DNA from: Acidimicrobiia bacterium | GTDB lineage: Bacteria; Actinomycetota; Acidimicrobiia; Spongiisociales; JAENVV01 | Length of the DNA stretch: 36,810 nucleotides | Assembly (NCBI GenBank): GCA_041577335.1 | Contig: JBFGJH010000029.1 | Coordinates: 1-36,810, forward strand | Reading direction: 5' to 3' | Shown: one piece after another, positions 29,387 to 36,810 of the stretch | How positions within the stretch are numbered: position 1 is the stretch's first letter | Layout of the letters: each line of letters opens with the position of its first letter | The notes under the pieces: model-generated | Database searches by the model: none | The model's input: only the letters and a program-made list of their open reading frames with translations | What the model was told of the DNA's origin: nothing | Made by a program: the position numbers and the translations under genes

Positions 29387-29908
29387 ATGGCTGAGCGGTT
29401 GACGCCTTTCAATTTCCAGGGATGGATAGACGAGAATCGACACCTCCTCAAACCACCGGTCGGCGCCAAGCAGGTGTGGGATGCTTCGGACGACTACGTG
29501 ATCATGGTGGTGGGCGGGCCCAATGACCGGCCCGACTTCCACATCAACGAAACCGAGGAGTTCTTCTACCAACTCGAGGGTGACATGATCTTGAAGATCA
29601 AGGACGAGGACGGTATTCGAGACGTCCCCATCCGTGAGGGCGAGGTCCTCCTCCTACCCGGCAACACCGCCCATTCGCCGCGCCGGCCGGCCAACACTGT
29701 CGGTCTCGTAATCGAGCGCAAGCGCGCCGAACAGCACGTTGACCAGGTGCTGTGGTTCTGTCCGTCGTGCGAGTCGGAGCTTCACTCCGAGAGCTTTCAC
29801 GTCACCGATCTGGCGGGGCAGCTCAAGCCGTTGATCGAAACATTCTACGGCTCAGAAGACCAGCGGACCTGTGGGAACTGTGGTGCCGTCATGGCGGTGC
29901 CTGATTGA
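29387..29908 (+). CDS. nbaC: 3-hydroxyanthranilate 3,4-dioxygenase
   Basis: LKPPVG, VVGGPN.R.DFH...[13 protein letters not shown]; rubredoxin-like CPSC/CGNC. Confidence 0.95.
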   Translation: MAERLTPFNFQGWIDENRHLLKPPVGAKQVWDASDDYVIMVVGGPNDRPDFHINETEEFFYQLEGDMILKIKDEDGIRDVPIREGEVLLLPGNTAHSPRRPANTVGLVIERKRAEQHVDQVLWFCPSCESELHSESFHVTDLAGQLKPLIETFYGSEDQRTCGNCGAVMAVPD

Positions 29909-30921
29909 GCGATCCGACGCTCATCGACATCCACACGCACATCCTGCCGGAGCACATACCCGATTTCGGCAGCCGGTTTGGATACGGCGAGTTCATAACG
30001 CTGGAGGCTCAAGGTGCCACGGCCACGATGCTGAAGGGTGGCTCGTTCTTCCGGACGGTGGATCGAAGACTCTTCGACCCGGAGGTTCGCCTCGAACACT
30101 GCCATCGCTTCGGAGTAGCCGTACAGGTCTTGTCGACGGTGCCGGTGATGTTCAGCTACTGGACGAAACCCGAAGACGGCGCCGCGGTATCGGCATTTCT
30201 CAACGACGACTTGGCCGCGACGGTCGCCGCCGGCGCCGGCCGATTCGTCGGGTTGGGAACGCTGCCCATGCAAGACACCGATCTGGCCATCGCCGAGCTC
30301 GAACGCTGTATCCGTGATTTGGGTCTCGCCGGTGTAGAGATCGGAACCAATATCGAGCAGATGAATCTCAGTAACCCGAGGTTCTTTCCCATCTTCGAGG
30401 CTGCCGAAGACCTCGGAGCTGCCTTGTTCGTTCACCCCTGGGAGATGATGGGCGAGAGCGTCATGGCGGACTATTGGCTTCCGTGGCTCGTGGGGATGCC
30501 CGCAGAGACCTCGCGGGCGATCTGTTCGATGATCTTCGGGGGCGTGTTCGAGCGACTGCCCCGATTGCGTGTGGCATTCGCCCACGGGGGCGGCTCATTC
30601 CCCGCTACGTTCGGGCGAATCCAGCACGGCTATGAGGCGCTCCCCGAGTACGTCGGAGTAGACAATCCTCATCCTCCCAGCGAATACATCGGCCGCTTCT
30701 GGCTCGACTCCATGGTGCACTCACCGGAGGTCCTGAGAGGTGTCGTCGACCTCGTAGGCCCACATCGGGTGTGCTTGGGCACCGACTTCCCCTTCCGCCT
30801 CGGCGAGGAGGAACCCGGCTCGGTCATTCGAGCCAGTGGCTTCAGCGAAGCAACCGAGGCACAACTGCTGACACACAACGCCGCTGCGTGGCTGGGCGAG
30901 ATCGGTTTCGAGCATGGTTGA
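29905..30921 (+). CDS. nbaD: 2-amino-3-carboxymuconate-6-semialdehyde decarboxylase (ACMSD, amidohydrolase family)
   Basis: IDIHTH, QVLSTVPVMFSYW, FVHPW, WLVGMPAET, AHGGGSFP, GTDFPF. Confidence 0.92.
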   Translation: MSDPTLIDIHTHILPEHIPDFGSRFGYGEFITLEAQGATATMLKGGSFFRTVDRRLFDPEVRLEHCHRFGVAVQVLSTVPVMFSYWTKPEDGAAVSAFLNDDLAATVAAGAGRFVGLGTLPMQDTDLAIAELERCIRDLGLAGVEIGTNIEQMNLSNPRFFPIFEAAEDLGAALFVHPWEMMGESVMADYWLPWLVGMPAETSRAICSMIFGGVFERLPRLRVAFAHGGGSFPATFGRIQHGYEALPEYVGVDNPHPPSEYIGRFWLDSMVHSPEVLRGVVDLVGPHRVCLGTDFPFRLGEEEPGSVIRASGFSEATEAQLLTHNAAAWLGEIGFEHG

Positions 30922-32185
30922 TATCACCCGCCACGACGCCCGACGTCTCGACGCCGCCGATCCATTTGCCAAGTTCCGCGAGGCGTTTGCCATCCCCAGG
31001 TCTGCGGACGGGGAGATGATCTATTTGGCTGGCAACTCGCTCGGGCTCCAACCGAAATCCGCACGTGACGTGGTTCTCGCCGAGCTGGACAAGTGGGCGG
31101 CCAAGGGCGTTCGTGGCCACTTCGAGGGCGACCGCCCGTGGGCTCCGTTTCACGAGTTTCTCACCGAGCCAATGGCGAGGATCGTGGGCGCAATGCCGGG
31201 CGAGGTCGTCGTGATGAACTCGCTCACAGCCAACCTCCATTTCCTGATGATCTCGTTCTACCGGCCCTCCGGGCGGAGACACAAGGTGCTCATCGAAGAC
31301 CACGCGTTCCCATCGGACCATTTCGCAGTTGAGTCTCAAGTGCGGTTTCGCGGCTACGACCCCGCCGAGGCGGTGGTTCGGGTTCGACCCCGCCCAGGCG
31401 AGGAGACGTTGCGCACCGACGACCTGCTCGAGACGATCGACGCCAACGGGCCTGACCTCGCATTGGTCCTGCTACCCGGCGTTCAGTACTACACGGGGCA
31501 GGTGCTGCCGATGCAGGCCGTTTCCGATGCGGCTCACGCGGCGGGCGCCACCGTTGGGCTCGACCTGGCCCATGCCGCCGGCAACGTCGAGTTGGCGCTC
31601 CACGATTGGGATGTGGATTTTGCCGTGTGGTGTACCTACAAGTATTTGAACGCCGGGCCGGGGGCCACCGGCGCCGCATTCGTGCACGAGCGACACATCA
31701 CCGATGAATCGTTGCCGAGACTCAATGGCTGGTGGGGACACGACAAAGCGACCAGATTCGAGATGACCAACGATTTCGTGCCCATTCCCACTGCCGAGGC
31801 ATGGCAGGTGAGTAATGCGCCGATCTTCTCGATGGCGCCACTGATAGCGTCATTGCAGCTTTTCGACGAGGCCGGAGGCGTCTCCGCGCTGCGATCGAAG
31901 GCTCTGCAACAATCCGACTACTTCGACATGCTCCTTTCCCACCGCCTCGCCGGCAGCGTTGAGAGCATCACTCCCACTGAGAACGACCAGCGGGGATGCC
32001 AGCTCTCTCTGCGGGTCGTAGCTCCAGGCGTCGACGGGCACAGCGTGTTTGCCGCGCTCGAGCGGGCCAATGTGGACTGCGACTGGCGCTACCCGGACGT
32101 CATCCGGGTTGCTCCGGTGCCGTTGTACAACACGTATGCCGACATCTACGACTTCGTCGCCGCCCTCGAGGAGGTTCTCTCGTGA
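30914..32185 (+). CDS. kynU: Kynureninase (3-hydroxykynureninase type)
   Basis: YLAGNSLGLQP, MNSLTANLH, FPSD, DLAHAAGN, WCTYKYLN, GWWGH, SNAP. Confidence 0.95.
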   Translation: MVDITRHDARRLDAADPFAKFREAFAIPRSADGEMIYLAGNSLGLQPKSARDVVLAELDKWAAKGVRGHFEGDRPWAPFHEFLTEPMARIVGAMPGEVVVMNSLTANLHFLMISFYRPSGRRHKVLIEDHAFPSDHFAVESQVRFRGYDPAEAVVRVRPRPGEETLRTDDLLETIDANGPDLALVLLPGVQYYTGQVLPMQAVSDAAHAAGATVGLDLAHAAGNVELALHDWDVDFAVWCTYKYLNAGPGATGAAFVHERHITDESLPRLNGWWGHDKATRFEMTNDFVPIPTAEAWQVSNAPIFSMAPLIASLQLFDEAGGVSALRSKALQQSDYFDMLLSHRLAGSVESITPTENDQRGCQLSLRVVAPGVDGHSVFAALERANVDCDWRYPDVIRVAPVPLYNTYADIYDFVAALEEVLS

Positions 32186-33525
32186 CCAGGCGCGTCACCG
32201 TCGTTGGTGCAGGGCTCGCCGGCGCAATGCTGGCCGCGTTTCTGGCGCGGGACGGCCACGACGTCACTGCCTACGAATCGCGGCCCGACTTGAGGCGCGT
32301 GGAGATCGGAGCGGGACGATCGATCAATCTCGCCCTTGCCACGAGAGGGATTTCTGCGTTGCGCGAACTTGGCGTCATGAACGAGGTGGAGCCTCTCCTC
32401 ACGCCCATGCGGGGTCGGATGGTCCACGCTCGCGACGGAACCACCTCGCTCCAGCCCTACGGCAACCGGCCAGACGAGGTGATCTATTCCGTGTCCCGCT
32501 CCGACCTCAATGGCGTCTTGTTGACAGCGGCTGAGCGCCTCGGTGCCACGATTCGGTTTCAGCAACGCTGCTTGGGTGGTTCGATCGGGGCAGGCACGCT
32601 GGAGGTCCGCGACGACACCACAGGGGCGAGCCACCAGATCGGGTTCGACTCGGTATTCGGCGCTGACGGCGCCAACTCGCCTGTCCGTGAGATGATCGTC
32701 TCCGAGTCAGCAGCATCGGTCTCGATCGAGCCACTCGATCACGGCTACAAGGAGCTGACGCTGCCTGCAGGTTTCAACGGTGATCCTCAGCTCGACCCAC
32801 ATGCCCTCCACATCTGGCCGCGAGGCGGTTACATGGTCATCGCCCTGGCCAACCTCGATCACTCATTCACCTGCACGCTGTTCGCTCCGGTCGATGCCGG
32901 CCCGCACAGCTTCGCGGCGCTCGACACAGCCGAGGCGATCGAAGCGTTCTTTGCAGATCAGTTCAGGGATTTCGCGTCGTTGGTACCCGACCTGAGTGGA
33001 CAGTTTCTCGGCAATCCCGACGGGTCGCTTGCCACCGTCCGATGCCGGGGATGGCATGTCGGAGATCGAGCTGTCATCCTCGGTGATGCTGCCCACGCAA
33101 TCGTTCCCTTTCACGGACAGGGAATGAATGCTGCTTTCGAGTCGTGCTCACTGCTGATGCGCTCCCTCGCCGCTCACCCCGAGGATTGGGAGGCTGCCTT
33201 CAGTAGCTTCGAGTCGGCACGCAAGCCGGATGTCGACGCCATCGCCGACATGGCACTCGACAACTACGTCGAAATGCGCAGCAGCGTCGCCGACGATCGC
33301 TACCTGCTCCGTCGCGAGCTGGCGCTCGAACTCGAGCGTCGCTGGCCCAGCGCGTTCACCCCCCGCTACTCGATGGTCATGTTCTCGACGATGCCATACG
33401 CTGAGGCACAGCGCCGGGCTCGTCAGCAGTCCGCGATTCTCGAGCAGCTGACCGACAACGTAAACAGCCTCGCCGATGTGGACTTCGATCGGGCGGCCGA
33501 ACTCATAGGAGGCCTCACCAGATGA
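32182..33525 (+). CDS. kmo: Kynurenine 3-monooxygenase
   Basis: GAGLAG, GRSINLAL, GADGA, HGYKEL, ALHIWPR, GDAAHAIVPFHGQGMN, NYVEMR; GTGA overlap with kynU. Confidence 0.93.
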   Translation: MTRRVTVVGAGLAGAMLAAFLARDGHDVTAYESRPDLRRVEIGAGRSINLALATRGISALRELGVMNEVEPLLTPMRGRMVHARDGTTSLQPYGNRPDEVIYSVSRSDLNGVLLTAAERLGATIRFQQRCLGGSIGAGTLEVRDDTTGASHQIGFDSVFGADGANSPVREMIVSESAASVSIEPLDHGYKELTLPAGFNGDPQLDPHALHIWPRGGYMVIALANLDHSFTCTLFAPVDAGPHSFAALDTAEAIEAFFADQFRDFASLVPDLSGQFLGNPDGSLATVRCRGWHVGDRAVILGDAAHAIVPFHGQGMNAAFESCSLLMRSLAAHPEDWEAAFSSFESARKPDVDAIADMALDNYVEMRSSVADDRYLLRRELALELERRWPSAFTPRYSMVMFSTMPYAEAQRRARQQSAILEQLTDNVNSLADVDFDRAAELIGGLTR

Positions 33526-34319
33526 CCGATGACACCTCGCCAGCGTTGACCTACGGCGACTACCTCAAGATCACCGAGCTGCTGTCACTGCAGCAGCTGA
33601 AGTCCGACGGTCCCGAGCATGACGAGATGCTCTTCATCGTTATCCACCAAGTCTACGAGCTGTGGTTCAAGCAGGTCCTCCACGAGCTCGACCGCCTCGA
33701 CCATCACATCGACAATGATCAACTCGCTCGGGGAGAGCACCAGCTGAAACGGGTCCTGAAGATCCTCAAGACGTTGGTCGCCCAGCTCGACGTGCTCGAG
33801 ACGATGACGCCGCTGGAGTTTCTCTCCTTTCGATCGTTTCTGGGTTCAGCGAGCGGATTCGAGTCGCAACAATTCCGCCAGGTGGAGTTCCTCCTCGGCC
33901 TCAAACGGAGAGAACATCTCGAACGATTCGAGGGCTTGCCGGGATACGACGACTTGCGACGGCGCTTCCACGAGCCGTCGTTGTGGGCACACTTCCTCGC
34001 CCTGCTGGATCGCCGCGGCTACCGGCTTCCTGCGGAGCTCTTACAGCTCCCCGCCACCGCTCCCACCGCCGCGTCGATCGCGGTTCAAGACGCCCTCATC
34101 GAGGCCTACCGGACCGACCCCGACCTGAGCGTGTTCTGTGAGCTGATGACGGATATGGACGAAGGATTCCAGGAATGGCGCTACCGGCACGTCATGATGG
34201 TTCAGCGAACGATTGGCACCAAGCCCGGCACCGGGGGCTCCGATGGGGCGAGTTATCTCCGCACCACCCTCTTCCGGCCGTTCTTCGAAGACCTGTGGGC
34301 CATCCGATCACGTCTGTGA
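33522..34319 (+). CDS. kynA: Tryptophan 2,3-dioxygenase
   Basis: TYGDYL, HDEMLFIVIHQVYELWFKQ, ASGFES.QFR, WRYRH..MVQRTIG.K.GTGGS. Confidence 0.96.
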   Translation: MTDDTSPALTYGDYLKITELLSLQQLKSDGPEHDEMLFIVIHQVYELWFKQVLHELDRLDHHIDNDQLARGEHQLKRVLKILKTLVAQLDVLETMTPLEFLSFRSFLGSASGFESQQFRQVEFLLGLKRREHLERFEGLPGYDDLRRRFHEPSLWAHFLALLDRRGYRLPAELLQLPATAPTAASIAVQDALIEAYRTDPDLSVFCELMTDMDEGFQEWRYRHVMMVQRTIGTKPGTGGSDGASYLRTTLFRPFFEDLWAIRSRL

Positions 34320-34362
34320 GGACCGACCGACGACTCGCCCCACCCTCCACGGCTGAACGACC

Positions 34363-35397
34363 TCAGAGCTCAATCACCGTGACGCCGACGCCGCCGAACG
34401 ATCCCATCATTTCGAGCGCAGCCGGGGCCTCATCGAGGGTGATCGTGCGGCCAACCAGGCGGTCGGGGTGGACGGCTCCACTCTCGATCAACTCGAACAT
34501 CTCTGGGTATCGGCGAGCCGCCATTCCGTGCGTGCCGTAGATCTCCAGTTCCAGAGAAATGACTCGGCTCAGCGGGATTGGGAGGTTTTGGCCTTCGCCA
34601 ATCACCAGGCCGATCTGAACATGCCGACCCCTCCTCCGTAGGCATCGGATCGAGTTCTGCACCGTCACCTCGCTGCCCAGCGCATCAACCGACACGTGCG
34701 CACCACCGCCCGACGCCGTCCGCACCGACCGGACCGGGTTCTCCTTGGAGGCATCGACCAGCGCTGAGGCTCCCAACGACTCCGCCAACGCAAGCTTCTC
34801 CGCGTCTACGTCGACCGCGACGACCTTTGCCCCAATGCCAACCGAGATCTGCACGGCCGAAAGCCCAACTCCTCCAACTCCATGAACGGCAATCCACTCG
34901 CCTTCTTGGAGCCGGCCCCGGTCGGTAAGCCCCTGATACGCGGTCATGAAGCGGCAGCCCAGGCTGGCAGCAGCGACAAAATCGATCGACTCGGGCAGCC
35001 CAACGAGATTGACATCGGCCCAGGGCACCGCAACGAACTCTGCGAATGCGCCCCATCCACTGAACCCGGGCTGGTACTCCCGCTCACAGAGGTTGGTGTT
35101 GCCCGAGGTGCACGTGTCACAGGTGCCACATCCGCAAGCAAAGGGAACGATGACCCGATCGCCCACCTGCCACCGATGTACGCCGGCTCCCACGCTCGCA
35201 ATAATGCCCGCCATCTCGTGACCCGGCACATGGGGTAGCGCAATGCTGGCGTCGTGCCCGGCCCAGGCGTGCCAGTCACTGCGGCAGACGCCGTTGGCCC
35301 TCACTTCAAGGACGACGCCATGCTCGTCCGCCTCTGGTCGGTCCACTTCCTCCACGGATATCGGACCGGAGAATGCACGGTAGACGACCGCTTTCAA
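34363..35397 (-). CDS. Zinc-dependent alcohol dehydrogenase family protein
   Basis: GVCRSDWH, GHE, CGCGTCDTC..G..N.C, GVGGVG. Confidence 0.92.
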   Translation of the reverse strand: MKAVVYRAFSGPISVEEVDRPEADEHGVVLEVRANGVCRSDWHAWAGHDASIALPHVPGHEMAGIIASVGAGVHRWQVGDRVIVPFACGCGTCDTCTSGNTNLCEREYQPGFSGWGAFAEFVAVPWADVNLVGLPESIDFVAAASLGCRFMTAYQGLTDRGRLQEGEWIAVHGVGGVGLSAVQISVGIGAKVVAVDVDAEKLALAESLGASALVDASKENPVRSVRTASGGGAHVSVDALGSEVTVQNSIRCLRRRGRHVQIGLVIGEGQNLPIPLSRVISLELEIYGTHGMAARRYPEMFELIESGAVHPDRLVGRTITLDEAPAALEMMGSFGGVGVTVIEL

Positions 35398-35489
35398 AGG
35401 CTCCCTCGTTTCTGGGCTGCGGACAATAGCGCGGACGCGGCCCCTCCCCTCTGCTGATCTAGAGTCGGTGGTCGAACGAAGGGAGAGCC

Positions 35490-35834
35490 ATGGCGATAAC
35501 CGGTGCGCACATTTTGATGTACAGCCCCGAGGCCGGGGCGGTTCGGACGTTGCTGCGGGACGAGCTTGGCTGGGAGCATGTCGATGCCGGAGACGGGTGG
35601 CTGATATTCAGACTGCCCCCGGCGGAGCTCGGCATCCACCCTGGTGAGTCTGCCGGCCACGAGCTCACATTCATTTGCGACAACCTCACGGACACCGTCC
35701 GAGAGCTCGAGGCGAAAGGAGTGGCGTTCAAAGAGGCTCCCCGTGACGAAGGCTGGGGGATGGTCACCACGATGGTGCTTCCTGGCGACCTCGAGATCTT
35801 GCTGTACGAGCCTCGCCACCCTACAGCCATCTAG
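35490..35834 (+). CDS. VOC/glyoxalase family protein
   Basis: GAHILMYS, GWLIF.LPPAE.GIHP, D.GWG; 114 aa. Confidence 0.82.
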   Translation: MAITGAHILMYSPEAGAVRTLLRDELGWEHVDAGDGWLIFRLPPAELGIHPGESAGHELTFICDNLTDTVRELEAKGVAFKEAPRDEGWGMVTTMVLPGDLEILLYEPRHPTAI

Positions 35835-35852
35835 CGAAAGGAAGAATCGGCA

Positions 35853-36269
35853 ATGGCGGAGCTGAAGACCAAGCGAAACGAGAGCGACGTATCCGCATTC
35901 ATCGCCTCGATCGAAGATGACGAGAAACGCGCGGATTCACAGGAACTTGTCGCCTTGCTGTCGAAGGTGACTGGGGACCCCGGTTCGATGTGGGGCGCCA
36001 GCATCGTCGGGTTCGGCTCTTATCACTATGTCTACGAGAGTGGCCGCGAGGGAGACTGGTTCAAAATCGGTTTCTCGCCCAGGAAGCAGAGTCTCACGCT
36101 CTACATCATGCCCGGCTTTCGCGAATACCAGGGCCTTCTCGACCGCCTCGGGAAGCACACAACGGGCAAGTCGTGCCTGTACGTGAAGCGTCTCTCCGAA
36201 ATCGACATGGACGTGCTCGAGGAGTTGGCCGTCCAGTCTGTTGCCCGCCTGGACAACGCTGACTCCTGA
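35853..36269 (+). CDS. DUF1801 domain protein
   Basis: MWGASIVGFGSYHY.YESGREG, GFSPRK, LGKHTTGKSCLY. Confidence 0.88.
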   Translation: MAELKTKRNESDVSAFIASIEDDEKRADSQELVALLSKVTGDPGSMWGASIVGFGSYHYVYESGREGDWFKIGFSPRKQSLTLYIMPGFREYQGLLDRLGKHTTGKSCLYVKRLSEIDMDVLEELAVQSVARLDNADS

Positions 36270-36435
36270 TCCGGCGCTGTCCGAGCCCCTGCGGGAGCCC
36301 GTTGCCTGAAAATCGCACAGATGATGCACGGCTCGCTCACCTGCCGCCACGGTGAGTCGGTGTTCGTCCTCACGCCGCCCATGCCCTGACAATTTCTCGG
36401 CCGGTCCAGGTCCCACAGGTCGGTAACGTTGCGCC

Positions 36436-36810
36436 ATGTCGTTCTTCGACCTCGTATCGGTCAGCGAGTCCATCCGCACCACCCCCAAACGCAGTCAGAA
36501 GGTCTCGCTTCTTGCCGACTACCTGGGGCTGCTGCCCCCTGTCGAGCTCTTCTTGGCCGTGCACTATCTTTCGGGTCAGATCCGCCAGCGCGCGATTGGG
36601 GTGGGCTGGGCGGCATTGCGAGCGCTCCCCGCGCCGGCCGACACGCCGACGGTGAGCCTGGAATCCCTTGATGCCGAGCTCGCCGCAATCGGCGCCATCG
36701 GAGGAGAGGGATCGAACGAAGAGCGCACCGCGGCAATCGACGCCCTTTTCAAGTCGTTGACAGCCACCGAGCAGCAGTTCCTCCAAGGGCTCCTGCTCGA
36801 CAATATTCGC
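36436..36810 (+). CDS. ligB: ATP-dependent DNA ligase, N-terminal DNA-binding domain (partial, runs off the window)
   Basis: Not in the ORF track. Manual translation MSFFDLVSVSESIRTTPKRSQKV...YLSGQIRQRAIGVGWAALRALPAPA...TEQQFL resembles actinobacterial LigB; TAACGT lies 6 nt before the ATG. Confidence 0.85.
   Translation, partial: MSFFDLVSVSESIRTTPKRSQKVSLLADYLGLLPPVELFLAVHYLSGQIRQRAIGVGWAALRALPAPADTPTVSLESLDAELAAIGAIGGEGSNEERTAAIDALFKSLTATEQQFLQGLLLDNIR

Noticed and set aside
1..36810. Mobile elements, prophage, tRNA/rRNA, defence systems
   Set aside because: No transposase, integrase, phage or defence motifs, no tRNA cloverleaf, and no obvious compositional island seen.

Overview
A GC-rich chromosomal window that looks actinobacterial (Acidimicrobiia-like): lipoprotein substrate-binding proteins, many leaderless TANNNT promoters, and a mycobacterial-type LigB and CtpE. 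No mobile element, CRISPR array, tRNA or rRNA is visible. Main blocks: (1) a zinc-uptake locus (aztB/znuB-like permease divergent from zur and an ATPase, with a Zur-box-like palindrome) that has no binding protein in the window; (2) a ProU-type glycine betaine ABC system whose permease carries an unusual ~400-aa C-terminal extension made of two related 4-TM modules; (3) metB-like PLP lyase, rtcB, a small Zn-ribbon protein, a CtpE-like P-type ATPase and a SAM methyltransferase; (4) a choline-to-betaine cluster (betB, a second ABC importer, betA); (5) hsp20 and a divergent short AhcY-like hydrolase; (6) a eukaryote-like 3-hydroxykynurenine tryptophan-degradation cluster (RidA-type deaminase, nbaC, ACMSD, kynU, kmo, kynA) lacking kynB and the AMS dehydrogenase; (7) a Zn-dependent ADH, a VOC protein, DUF1801 and the start of ligB. 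The best candidates for new biology are the extended betaine permease and the AhcY paralog with an altered active site. All calls come from motif recognition by eye; no database searches were run.
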